DNA of 63,150 bases, the filler included, from Klebsormidium nitens (taxonomy: Eukaryota > Plantae > Klebsormidiophyceae), in the NCBI GenBank assembly GCA_000708835.1. It is 8 parts of 8 records of this genome, joined end to end, with 100 filler letters (N's around TTAATTAATTAA, not from the genome) between each part and the next. Parts side by side here need not be neighbours in the genome. Positions count along the whole stretch, not along the records: positions 1 to 4,116 come from DF238559.1; positions 4,217 to 8,660 come from DF238501.1; positions 8,761 to 13,029 come from DF238191.1; 5 more parts are not named here. The stretch is one strand, 5' to 3'. Position numbers and translations under genes: made by a program. This document shows positions 1-11,700 of this stretch, one piece after another (position 1 is the first letter of the stretch; the number at the start of each line of letters is the position of its first letter). Under the pieces are notes generated by a model. That model was not told the origin of the DNA. It worked only from the letters and a program-made list of their open reading frames with translations, and did no database searches.

Positions 1-1293
1 GACACGCGCGCGTATAGCTACCGGGGGATCCCCGCGAAGGGCTTGGAAAGCTAGCGCCGTTACTGCAAGCGCCAAATGAATTTCGGAGCGCTTTGCCTCC
101 GACCCCACCTGTGGAGGTCGCGGACGAGCAAGCTGCGAAACGAGGGAAGAATGAGGAGGGAGATTTTCAGCAAGGTACAGCCGCCTTCCGGATAGCTGTT
201 GACCAGAGGGAGAAGCCTGGCAGGCCGAGCTCGAAACTACCAATGTGATCGTGACTTTGCCGGCGGACTACGGCGTACTGACTCCTGAACTGGAAACGGA
301 GCTTCGACTTAGTAAAGAGGGTAGGGGCGAGCTCGATGTGGTAACAAGAGCCGGAGGGAACGGAGTGGGGCCAGAGAAGGAAGACATAGATGAGGAGGAC
401 TCAGAAGAGGGCGCAATGGAAACAGGGAAAGAGAGCGTGGCCCTCATTCCGATTGGCACCGACAATTGGAACCGAAAGCGCAAACGTAGCGCACCGAGGA
501 GGGCACCAAGATGATCCCCGTCCTCCCCGTCCTCGTTGGAAGTCGTTTCTAACCGAGTAGGACGAAAGCGTCCACATTCCTTGGGAAGGCATGCAGGATT
601 CGAACATTTCAAGGAATTTCAAAGATTCGAACCTTTCAAGCGAAAGCACTGTCCCTCGATCCTTTCCAATGTTTTTTTTTTATGTGCGAATGTTCTTGAC
701 GGACCATTCACATTTAGCGCTTTACGCGCTTCGTTTCATTATATCCTTGCGTTATGCAAATCATGTCACTCTAGCGCCCGCCCGGGCGCCCGGTCAAGTC
801 AAGTGTCATGCATGTCAAGTGACATGCATACTACATCTTATTCACAGATTGTTAAAGCCAGAATGCAACAAAATGCACTTGCGTATGGTTGTAACGGTAT
901 ATGGGTCCGTTGTGTATGTGATCTCTTTTCATCATGGAATCATACGGCAGGTTGATGACGGACGTGGGCTGAATACAAATTGCAATCAATTTTGAATGAA
1001 CTTTCGAAAGACATCTTTCATGCAGAATCCCGTGTACTGCCCTGGGTTACCAGGTTTACAATCCCCAAGCAAGGCGCCGCGCGATCCCCTTTGCGATCCC
1101 TATATCTTTTCCCGGTCTTCTTCCCCCGAGCAAAGTGTGCGGTCACCGGATGGCTCTCCAGCTCCGGTCCCCGATGTATTGCCCCGGGAGTAAGTCGTAA
1201 TGGGCCGTTAAAAACTACGGTATTCCCGAATTCGGCCAAATATTTCATCCTTTTTTCTACGCGGAATATAAAGAGGGAACCGTGTTACATACA

Positions 1294-1561
1294 TGTGACG
1301 ATTGGGCTATGGTTAAGTCTAACCGCACAATCGCACGGCAGTTAAACCTTCGGGTTTGCCAGTTTGTCGACGTGTCGCCATGTGGCCAGTATTGATGTGA
1401 CATAATTAATTGTAATTATGCCACTAAGGCTAAGATGTATGGTAGGGCAATCATTGTGTTTAGTTCTGTTCAGTCCTGCAACCATGGTTTCCGCACATGG
1501 CTGCCGTTAGTGTTTCGTCGTTATCCTGCCAGCACTTCGCTTAAGCTGGCCAACCGTCACA
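1294..1561 (+). mobile_element. 5' LTR of Ty3/gypsy element G1
   Basis: Starts TGTGACGATTGG and ends CCAACCGTCACA (11/12 inverted terminal repeat, TG...CA). Followed immediately by a PBS and a gag-like ORF. Confidence 0.85.
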
Positions 1562-1562
1562 G

Positions 1563-1573
1563 TGGTATCAGAG
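1563..1573 (+). promoter_or_regulatory. Primer binding site complementary to initiator tRNA-Met
   Basis: TGGTATCAGAG 1 nt after the LTR end, the canonical plant/algal iMet PBS. Confidence 0.85.
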
Positions 1574-1614
1574 GGTAGAGTTCCGTTCTCTTTGTAGAGA
1601 TTGGAAGTGGGTCC

Positions 1615-2598
1615 ATGTCGGACGACGAACGTCTTTCGTCCTATCTCGACAGAATTACGGATCTGTGTTTCAGCATCTCGGAGCTGAAGTTGAAGAAGAG
1701 CGCTGAAGGGGAGGTTGCGAAGCCTTCCACAAGTGCATTGAGCCCGGAGGCTCCTGCATTCACTCCTGCAAGCAAGGGGAAGGAGCAGGTTTCGGAAGAC
1801 CAGGAAAGCAATTCTGCTATTTCTGAGGATTGGGAAAGTGTTCCTGTTTTGCCATCTGAGAGTGCTTCACTTGCACCTAGTTACAGTCAGGTTGCTGGGT
1901 CTAGCTCTCAGACGGTTTTTGTTACTCCAGTGAGGAGAAGTGTTAGAGCAACATCTGTTGACTCTGCTGAGTCTACAGTTACTATGGCTGCTGCGGCTGC
2001 TGCTGGTGCTGCTGCTGGTGTTCCACCACTTGTTGCTCCTAACTTTTCCACGTGCACAGCTGCTCAGTTTGAGGCGTATTGGAATGCCCTCGCTACTGAT
2101 CCGNNNNNNNNNNNNNNNNNNNNNNNNNNNNNNNNNNNNNNNNNNNNNNNNNNNNNNNNNNNNNNNNNNNNNNNNNNNNNNNNNNNNNNNNNNNNNNNNN
2201 NNNNNNNNNNNNNNNNNNNNNNNNNNNNNNNNNNNNNNNNNNNNNNNNNNNNNNNNNNNNNNNNNNNNNNNNNNNNNNNNNNNNNNNNNNNNNNNNNNNN
2301 NNNNNNNNNNNNNNNNNNNNNNNNNNNNNNNNNNNNNNNNNNNNNNNNNNNNNNNNNNNNNNNNNNNNNNNNNNNNNNNNNNNNNNNNNNNNNNNNNNNN
2401 NNNNNNNNNNNNNNNNNNNNNNNNNNNNNNNNNNNNNNNNNNNNNNNNNNNNNNNNNNNNNNNNNNNNNNNNNNNNNNNNNNNNNNNNNNNNNNNNNNNN
2501 NNNNNNNNNNNNNNNNNNNNNNNNNNNNNNNNNNNNNNNNNNNNNNNNNNTACCAGAAGAAGGGCAAGAAATCAGAGAAGGGTTTTCAGAAAGACTAG
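1615..2598 (+). CDS. gag-like ORF of gypsy G1 (interrupted by assembly gap 2104-2550)
   Basis: Long ORF directly after the PBS and upstream of protease/RT. The middle is N, so no gag motif is visible. Confidence 0.6.
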   Translation: MSDDERLSSYLDRITDLCFSISELKLKKSAEGEVAKPSTSALSPEAPAFTPASKGKEQVSEDQESNSAISEDWESVPVLPSESASLAPSYSQVAGSSSQTVFVTPVRRSVRATSVDSAESTVTMAAAAAAGAAAGVPPLVAPNFSTCTAAQFEAYWNALATDPXXXXXXXXXXXXXXXXXXXXXXXXXXXXXXXXXXXXXXXXXXXXXXXXXXXXXXXXXXXXXXXXXXXXXXXXXXXXXXXXXXXXXXXXXXXXXXXXXXXXXXXXXXXXXXXXXXXXXXXXXXXXXXXXXXXXXXXXXXXXXXXXXXXXXYQKKGKKSEKGFQKD

Positions 2599-2600
2599 CC

Positions 2601-3449
2601 AAAGTAGGACAGTTGCCTAGTCAGGAGAACTCTGTATTGGATCTTACAGAACAGGACTTCCTAAACATTTCAAATGTTACTGGTCGTATCTTTGAAATGG
2701 GAGTTCAACGTTCAGAAGATTCCATCTCTACAGATGTATGTCCTAGTTAAGTCTTTCTGTCATCGTCTATGGCAGGCAAGCATGTATGGATAAATGCGGG
2801 TACAGCTAAGGATGTTACTGAACGTCTTAGACATATGCACTCTGCATTTGTTGAGAGCCCTACTTCTACGTCTGCTTGTGTGTTAGTACGTGATAGCATG
2901 CCGGTTGCATTGCCATTGTTGAAGGATTGTCGTGTTGTGCTGACAGTTCCAAAAGGTGGGTTGGTTCAGTCGCAGTCAGATAACACGTGGGCTGTTGTGC
3001 GAAGTCCTGAGAAGTTGCGAGTTCTATATCTTGCTTCTGTTGCTGACAAAGTGTATGCTGAAGCAGGTTTGCTAACAAACAAGATTCTCGCAGCTTCACG
3101 AAAGGGCTCAGCTAAGTTGCCACGTATGATGTTTTTTGGTAAGGCAGCTGCTCAGAAGGCCAACATCTTGTTTGATTCTGGAGCGTCGGTGAATTTTGTC
3201 TCTGCCAAGTTTGCTAAGCAGACAGGCATAACGGTAAGTCCTACTGCTCAAAAAGTTCGTCTGGCAGATGACGTTGTTGGCGAGATCCTGGGTGAGGCAA
3301 CTGTGTATGTACAGTTAGGAGCGTTTCACAAGCCTGTGAAGTGCTACGTCATGAACTTGTTGTTCGAGGTTGATCTTATCTTGAGAGATGAGTTCATGAC
3401 TAGGTATAACTGCATTCTGCATTATGGCAAAAGTGTTGTCACGTTCTGA
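2601..3449 (+). pseudogene. Gypsy G1 pol N-terminal part: Dam-like segment plus aspartic protease (in-frame TAA at 2748-2750)
   Basis: Protease motif ILFDSGASVNFVS ... VDLILRDEFM. Upstream ...GRIFE...CPS*VFLSSSMAGKHVWINAG...TSACVLV resembles the phage-type N6-adenine MTase pattern. Confidence 0.8.
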
Positions 3450-4116
3450 CGATGATGAGAAGTCTAATCCCGATGTGTTGTCACATTCGCAGTTGAAACG
3501 GCTGATAAAGCGTGGCGCAAGCGTGTACCTGGCATCATTGAAGCCGATTGGTCCAGACGCTGCCACGTGTTCTACTGCTGCCACGTGTGCTACCAGTACC
3601 GTAGCAGGCTCTGGAATTGGGGGCAACCAAGATCATGCCACTACTCTGTCTGAGCCAACCGTACAACCAGCCCAACCGAGCAACCCAGTCTCAAGTGAGA
3701 AGAAATGGGTTTCTGATTTGCTGTCTGAGTTTTCTGACGTGTTTCAGGATCCTCTTCTGGTTGGTCTGCCTCCTGAACGTGCAGAAGGTCATAGTATTCC
3801 TACAGAGCCAGGGCATCCACCTACGTTTCGGCAAATGTACCGTTTATCTCCATTGGAATATCGTGAGTTGGAGAAACAGGTCACTGCGTTTTTGCAAGCG
3901 GGAATCTTGGAAGTGTCTCAGTCCCCGTATGGTGCACCTGTGTTGTTTGTCCCTAAGCCTAACGGGCGTGGTCTTCGTCTGTGTGTTGATTATCGAGCGT
4001 TAAACTCGATAACTGTGAAGAATCGTTGTACGATTCCTCGCATTGACGATCTGTTAGATGCTGTGAGCGGCTCGCAGTATTTCACCTCATTAGATCTGAC
4101 GTCAGGATATCATCAG
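3424..4116 (+). pseudogene. Gypsy G1 reverse transcriptase N-terminal half (frameshifted relative to protease, truncated by gap)
   Basis: YRLSP, SPYGAPVLFVPKPNGRGLRLCVDYRALN, PRIDDLLD, FTSLDLTSGYHQ: chromovirus-type RT motifs. Confidence 0.95.
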
Positions 4117-4216
4117 NNNNNNNNNNNNNNNNNNNNNNNNNNNNNNNNNNNNNNNNNNNNTTAATTAATTAANNNNNNNNNNNNNNNNNNNNNNNNNNNN
4201 NNNNNNNNNNNNNNNN

Positions 4217-4487
4217 CGCGAAGTGTCAGCCTAGAAGCTTCGGTGCTCGGCCTAGAAGCTTCGGTGCTCGGCCGGCCATAAGCTTAGTCTCGAAAGCCTA
4301 TCGGACGGTTCCCTCGCACGCGGTGCACGTGGGTCTTATCGGACGGTCACGCGGTGGAGCAGTAACCCAGACACGTGTCGTGTAGTGATTCGATATATCA
4401 AATAAGTCGATAGCGTATAATAACGGACGATGCGCGGCCGCGAGTTTGGCGCGCAGCCAGAAGTCGTTGCGCAGTCGTGCCGTTACA
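4217..4487 (+). mobile_element. 3' portion of an LTR, family G2 (ends ...GTGCCGTTACA)
   Basis: Near-identical reverse complement of 8402-8660, ends in CA, abuts a gap on the left, and is unrelated to the G1 LTR. Confidence 0.85.
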
Positions 4488-5014
4488 CTTGATGCTCCGC
4501 CTTGTTCTAGTGGTAAGCTTGGCAATGCTGCGGTCCATCACTCAAAACTGGATTTGTAGAAAACATTCACAAGCTATTGCATGCGATCACGCGTTATGGT
4601 CATCATAAAAGAGGTATATTTCATACAGCAAAACTAGACGTGAGGAAGCTGCTCCATAGCCATTTATCTCCTTGCTTGTGATTGGAATCAATTGATTGTT
4701 TGAAGCATATAGCAGTGTAGGCAGGCTCGGGGAGTTTGTGGCCGATTGTAATCAAACAGGCTGATGCTTTGGATGCTTAATTAGACATTTTCTCCTTTGA
4801 ATCAGAGAAAAGGATCAATTACTGGAAGCACATGGCCAGTAGACCATTCTTACTTGGCTGTTTCTGCATCCTGCGGATTGATCAGTCCTCATGATCAGGC
4901 TCAGCTTGAACAGCCTTATTTTTTTGCAAGTCAATACGGTATTACATTGGTAAGTGCAACTCATGCATATGGGTCTTTATATGGGAATCTCTATGATGAG
5001 CTTATACAAAGCAG

Positions 5015-8000
5015 AAGTATCCCCACTTGAACAAGCTAGCTTCAGTCTCCCCCACTCTTGTTATGCAGGTGGTCTTTGCTGTGTGCCTCTTTTCCAGTGG
5101 TGGGACCATCCTATTTCTTACAACAAGGACTGCGGAAAAGTCCTTGGAACGTCTTGCCAATGATTACCAGCAAAGCATCATGGATAGGGCACTAGACAGC
5201 ATCAGCAACCTCTTTGCCTCAGAAGCTGCGTGTATTCAGTCCTTGGCTGGATACATTGAGCTTGCCGAAAGTGACTACAGACTTCCCAACACTACTGAAC
5301 GAGTTAGAGACCTGCTGGTAAGCTGCACACTCATGGGATTCCTTTTAGTCAAGCTGAACCTTCTCCATCGTCCTATCGTATGGGCTTTCGAGAGTAAATA
5401 CGTAGTATGAAGCGAAGGGTATCAACCAACTTTGGTGTCAGCTCCTCATGTCAAAATTATTGGCATCACATCGAGTGCACATGCTTGGCTGATGACTGGA
5501 CGATTTCAGAAAGACCTTCCGGCAGGCTGTTCCAAGCTTACAGTAATCCAGACCCAGGACCTGCTTCAGAGGAAAACGAAGGGATGCCATGAAAGGTACG
5601 TACGGGGGGGGATCAGAATCCACAATTATCTGAACTTCATTAGGAAAGTCCGGTGCAATCTTTCTCGTGCAGGTCTATCAAGCTACCTTGAGCACACTTA
5701 GCAGTGGATGCGAACTCGACGGGGTAGGCGTGTTCTTCGACAGTGGAAGGTATGAATGAGTCAAAACCAGCTAGTTAATTCAAGGCTTTCATCTGCTCTT
5801 CAAAGGTTGAATATGGCTGGAATTGCATCAAGTCAAGGGTGACGCCATCATTCGTGAGAATTGCAGCTCTTGAGAATGGATTTGGACTCTTTCTTTAGGG
5901 CTTTCTTTGCTCATCATTCCAGACTCTTGCTTCTCTTGCTGGCCACCGTTAGCATAGCATAGTTTAAAGAGGGCGTGGGCGGACGCGTCCGCGATCGGCG
6001 ACCGATAACCAGGGATGCGGCTGTTTCTGTCGCCGCGAGCCGCACGTGCTAAATTTTGGCAGCGACATTGAGGGTGACTTTCAGCGCATAGAGGACGCCG
6101 CGAGAGCCACGTGGGTTCCTTCAACCACAACGCCCTCTTTAAAGCCTCCAACCTGAAGGGCACTGGTCGATATAAGGCGCCCCTCATATCGTCAGTCGTT
6201 CAAGGTGCAAGGAGAATCTAACACAGAGTTGATACAAATTCAATGTCGATCCAGTTCCGCCTAGGATCAACTTAATTTGCTGGAAAATGCTGAAATTTCT
6301 CGATTGCTCTATTTAGGCGGCTCTCATCACAGACAACAAGGCATACCCCATCTGCCATCACAGCTTTGCTAGCTAGCGCCTCCATCAAGATTGCCCTTCA
6401 ATACTAAAGTTCAATAAACAGATGCCCCGAACTGATTATTTTGTTTTCAGGTACTTCTACCTTGAAAGGCCAACAAACGCGAGTGATCCCTTGGCCAACG
6501 GAACCCTCACCATACGGTTTAATAGGGACTTGACAGCCCCTCTTGGAGGCGCGACGCTGCCTCAGTTTATCAGCGTAAGTGACTGGTACACAAGGCTTTC
6601 GCGTTTCTGACTCTAACCAATATGTCTTTGGCCATAAAGCTATTCGCTTTCTCCTGGTCATTCTGTTGCGACTCTTTCCGCTCGGCTCCGTATTTCTGAG
6701 AGCCGGTGGTGACGCATTCCCATCAGACTTCATTACTGTAAGCCGACGCTTATACTCAAGTGCATGCCCAGTGCTGCAGAGACAGCGTGCTTGAACGTAT
6801 GTCATACAAACTAACGTGCCTGTTCCCACAGGCACAGACTGCGCCAGTATTTTTCGCGATTCACTTCTTCCTTTTGCTCGAACTTCGGAAGATTCTTTCA
6901 AGCATATCTTCTCAGTTGCCTCATGAGATCAATTATCTCTTACCAGATGGTGAATGCTACTACGGGTGAACCCCTCAGCGGTGATCGTAGCCGGGTCACT
7001 CTTGGGGCCCCACAAGAGTACCGCAATCGGTCCTGGTACCAGGATGCGATGACCTCAGCGAACGGCAAGTCCTTGGAGATCCGGGTCGGGCCAAACGGAC
7101 GGCCTGCGCTTGTGGCCGCTCAACGGGCCATTCTTTCCACCTCTGTCGAAGCAAGGATCTTACGCCGTTGTTCGAGCCTCACTCGACCTTACAAGAATCG
7201 ACGACTTCGTCGATTCCTTGGATCTTAAAAATGGGACGATATTTTTCACGAATGGGACTTACCTTGTTGCGGACTCCGCCGATGACTATCACCCTCCAAA
7301 GGCGTCGAGTTATGAACAAGGCCAGCTTCTCCAGCCGAGTAACTCAAGCAGTAAGGTTATTCGACAAGCAAGCCTGCACAGGTTTTCAGATGACTCCAGC
7401 AATGAGATATCCATTGATGGAGTGGACTACTTTGTCGGAGCAGACAGCAAAACAATCGAGAGAACGACCATCTACGAAACCTTGCTTCTCCCCAAACGCT
7501 CATTATTGGGACCCATCCAGCACAGCGGAAGCCGCATATGGAAGACAGCGACGGGTATCGGTGTAGCTATTGCCTTTGTCGGCTGCCTCGTCGTGTACCT
7601 GCTGACAAATCCCATCACGAAGGAGATGCGCTTGAAAGCGGAGCTCCTGAGGAATATGGAATTAAGGCAGCACGCAGAAATGAGGGAAGAGATCAAGACC
7701 AAGTTTATGGCGACCATCAGGTGAGTTCGTATTGGTAAATGACACCCGTGTCAACGTAGTGCTCAATCGGAGAGCCAGACAGTAATCCATTTCAGAAAGG
7801 AGCGTCACTGCTTCCATTGGCACTGATGATTAGCTACGTACAAAGGGTGCAATCTCTTGTCGTGCCCGAAAGCAGAGTGTATTTTATATCTGGCGCAGAA
7901 TAGTATCACTGACGTTAATACAAGGTTTTGGCGTTTCAATCAGAGCTCCGTGCTTCTATTGAACCAGTTTATCTTAGAGTGTCGCTCCAATCCTGTCCCA

Positions 8001-8273
8001 AGTGAATGCAGAGTCGTCACGTCTAAGTACAGGTTCCGGCGTTTGCTCATCTCACAAAGTACTCAGAGGGCTGAACAACATGAGCTGCTGATACGACTTC
8101 GTAACATGTTTTGCAGCCATGATCTGCGCAGTCCGTCGGCTGCAATCATCGGCATCCTAGACGCTCTTTTGGAAGGCCCCTCGAGTGTGGAGCATGCAAA
8201 GCAGCTTCAACAAGCGAAAGAGTGCGCCGAACACCAGCTCAGCCTTCTGAATGATGTATTGGACATGAATAAG
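5015..8273 (+). pseudogene. Membrane sensor histidine kinase, N-terminal half only (TM - Cache-like sensor - TM - HisKA)
   Basis: Exons ~5015-5317 (TM1), ~6445-6575, ~6947-7721 (RSWYQDA, TM2 IGVAIAFVGCLVVYLL, KTKFMATI) and 8117-8273. The splice creates the H-box FMATI-S-HDLRSPSAAIIG...LLNDVLDMNK. Frameshift near 7135. No HATPase or receiver exons seen downstream. Confidence 0.85.
5968..6138. mobile_element. 171-bp MITE with TTAA target-site duplication in a kinase intron
   Basis: TTAA|AGAGGGCGT...ACGCCCTCT|TTAA: perfect 9-bp TIR flanked by TTAA on both sides. Confidence 0.75.
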
Positions 8274-8401
8274 GTGAGTACGACATTGATCAGAATGGTG
8301 GAAGGCAAAGTGAAAACGAGTGCAGTGCTATTGCTGCTAATGCTAGATCTAGCTGGTTCGGTAGGGCAGAGGCTCTTGCAGACTGCCTTCAAAGGCATCT
8401 A

Positions 8402-8660
8402 TGTAACGGCACGACTGCGCACCGACTTCTGGCTGCGCGCCAAACTCGCGGCCGCGCATCGTCCGTTATTATACGCTATCGACTTATTTGATATATCGAA
8501 TCACTACACGACACGTGTCTGGGTTACTGCTCCACCGCGTGACCGTCCGATAAGACCCACGTGCACCGCGTGCGAGGGAACCGTCCGATAAGCTTTCGAG
8601 ACTAAGCTTCTGGCCGGCCGAGCACCGAAGCTTCTAGGCCGAGCACTTCGGTTGACACTT
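8402..8660 (-). mobile_element. 3' LTR (partial) of gypsy G2, inserted in the kinase intron after the HisKA exon
   Basis: Begins TGTAACGGCACGAC on +, inverse of 4217-4487, and is separated only by a gap from the G2 RT. Confidence 0.85.
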
Positions 8661-8760
8661 NNNNNNNNNNNNNNNNNNNNNNNNNNNNNNNNNNNNNNNN
8701 NNNNTTAATTAATTAANNNNNNNNNNNNNNNNNNNNNNNNNNNNNNNNNNNNNNNNNNNN

Positions 8761-11700
8761 TTCAAATAGGCCGCGGTGGGTGAGAAATGCCGTTTTCTGA
8801 ACATCCTCCGGGTGCAGCCTGATTTGCCAATACCCTGCCTGCGCGTCGAGCAAAAAGAAGTAAGTCGCTCGCCCCAACTTGTCAAAGATGGAGTCGATGC
8901 GCGGCAAGGGGTACCGATTAGGTACGGTTGCCAGGTTGATTTTCCTGTAGTCGACGCAGAAGCGCCACTTGCCCCCTTTCTTTCGTGCAAGCACGACAGC
9001 TGCCGCATAGGGGCTGCTCGACCTGCGGACCACGTTGTAGTCTTCCATGGGTTTCATCTGCCTGTCAATTTCATCTTTTTCGAAAGGGCTGTGATTTCGG
9101 GGGCCTTCCCGAATGGGTTTGATGTCCCCGGTGTCAATCCTGTGAGTGTACCCCTTTCAAGTTTACCAACCCTAAATCAAATGGATCTTTGGAGAAGGCG
9201 TGAGGGTGACGCTTAAGGACGTCAAGAAGTTCCTTCTTTTGCTCCGGAGTTAAGCTTTTTGCGATCTGTAGTTGGGGCAAGACGGCCTGCCATTGTTCCT
9301 CGGGGGGAAGTCGAGGTAGCGGTTTCACTTCGACATCGGGGCAGTCCGTTGCTTTTTGGACCTGCGGAAGCTCGAACCCAAATATGTCCTCTCCCCAATC
9401 ATTTGTCCTCTCTCGTTCGTGAGCGTCACCAGCCTCTACTTCCGCTTCGGCTAACAGTACGGTAGCGCAGAATCCGGGGGGTAGCACAACCAGTAGAGGT
9501 GTGGGTATGGGGTGCAGAATCTCGTCCACGTCGAACTGAAGGAACGTCTGCTCATACTCTCTGATTCTGTCCGAAGCATAATCCGGAGAGTACACGTTCT
9601 GCCGCACCATCTCGTCGAAGAAGCAGCGGATTTCCTGCGGGGAGGAGAGTACAATGCCCCGGTCGGGTCCGTCCGGGGGCTCGTTCCTGAACGGTCGAGG
9701 CGGGGAGCACAGAGGCTTCGCATCTGCCAGAAAGTTTTCTTTCGGATCCTCGAATTGTTCCAGCCAGGAGACGGTGTCATTCGTGTAACAAAATTGGGTG
9801 AACGCCGCTGTGCCCATGAGCGCCATGTCGGAGCGAAATCTGAGCTTCCCCCGGCGAGCGGGGTGCTCGGGGCGCCGGCGCCACGGCCGGGGGGACGACT
9901 GCGAAGTTAGCTCACCTATCTCGTCCTCTTCCTCGTCCGCGTAGGGGACTAAGTCGGGGACGTCGTCGTCTGAGTCAAATCGCTCGCCTTCCGGATTGCT
10001 GACGTAATCACTTGGCGCCTGCGCTTCTTCCTCTCCTGTTCTTTCCGCCAGGCCATTGGTCCAAGGAGCTCCCGGCAGGATGATGTGAAGGGCGACGAAG
10101 TTGTCCAAAACCTTCACAAACGTGGGGGGGTCCGTTTCTTCTGCCCGAGCTTCCGCCATCCAGGACAAGAGTGCTGACTCGTGCCACTCTTCCTCTGCGC
10201 TTTCGTCGCAGTCAGAAAAGTTCAAGGACTCCTGGTCGTCGCCGCTCTCCGCGAAGGCGAGCAGGACGGCGCATTTCTCCTGCATCAGGGGTGCGCCTAG
10301 GGGAGTAGTTTCGCCGGTTTCGCCCTCCATTGTTGGGGCGGGAAAAGCGGGGGCTGACGTCATGGTGTCGTCAGCAACCGGCGGCGGCTCCGTGGGTCCT
10401 TCCTCCGGGGGCAACAGCTTGGGATCCTTGCGTCTTCGTCGTCGAGGTCGCTCTCCTGCGTTTCCGTTCCTTCGGCGTCCGACTCTTCTCCCCCAGAGTC
10501 GAGTTGTCTTCTGCACAGCCGGGGTAATAATAAGTCGGGGGCCCTGCTTGCATGATGGTATACCTGCGCCAGCAGTCAGGGTGAATGCCGTTTGGTATCC
10601 CTGCAATACGCCTCCGCTGTAAGTTTTCAGCGATGGCTACCTGCGGAAGTTCAGGGATCCCCTCGCTTGAGTGAGACAGGGCGCCTTTTTGGGGCCTCTT
10701 CCCGTCGGATTCTGTCGGAGTCATCATTTGGACATGTGGAAGTACGCGCCCTCGCTTGGGCGGGGTGATAAGGTTCAGGGAGACGACCTTGTGACTCTAG
10801 GGAAGCTGGAATTCAAACCTCCCTTTTGGAAAGTTTATCACTCCGTTGACTTTCTTCATGGACGAAGTGCCCAGAAGCACGTCGTAGTTCAAGTGATCCT
10901 GCACCAAAAATCGTGCGCCCAGCTCCATGTGTGGGCCCAGACCAATTGTACAGTCGATCCAGCCCGCAGCGGTGCTGCTCCGGCCGTCCGCCTGTAGAAA
11001 AGTTCGGAGAGCCACGCTGGAACTTGTGCTCGAGTCCCGCGGCCTTTACCGTGTCTGGTGACATCACGTTGATGTCAGCACCCGAATCCATGCAGGTCGG
11101 CCGTTCGATGCCCCGCACTCCTCCCACTCTGGTCACAATGTAGGCGATGCTCTCCCGGAGTAGGGGGTCGACCTTGGCGCGTTCGATCCCAAAATGTCCC
11201 TTCTCCGGTGGTTCCGGAGTTGGAAAGGTCGTGGCGTTCCGCAGTACTGGCTCGTTGGTGGGGTCCGCAGAAGTCGTTGCCAGTTCGACTTTCCGGAGCG
11301 TTCGACTCATGTCCTGCAGGAGCTGAGGGCTGCCGTAAGCTACGTAAGGCTCAGTCTTGAACCAGCTCAGGGGGAAAGTCCCTGTGACGGAGGGACAGGG
11401 GACAGGCGGATTGGAAGTCGCGCGCCCTGCGGCGTGTTCGGTCGCCGGGGCGATGCCACGTGGCCTTCCGCTCGGGTGCAGAGCCGCGGCCGCTGGGGCC
11501 TGCTGGCTTCGCGCCGGTTGCCTGTGAGTGTCACGCCTAGAGGGCTGTGGAACCTGCCCAGGCACCAAGGGGGGTGTGATGATCACCGACGTTCTGTGCG
11601 CTGGCATCCGGACGCGCGCCCCATAAGGGTCGAGCACTTCTGGTCCGCTGCGCGTGACGCGCACGTTTCCGTAGTCCTCCTCTTCGTAGGATTCTTCGTC

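Noticed and set aside
1-650. Acidic/basic ORF fragments at the window start
   Set aside because: Fragmented by stops and frameshifts; no family recognisable without upstream sequence.
4161-4172. TTAATTAATTAA inside N runs (also at ~8705, 13074, 19883, 38519, 44384, 54155)
   Set aside because: Identical 12-mer centred in gaps with stops in all six frames: an assembly linker, not biology.
10990-11015. Possible programmed gag-pol frameshift in G2
   Set aside because: The shift falls inside the protease domain and further shifts follow, so mutational decay is more likely.
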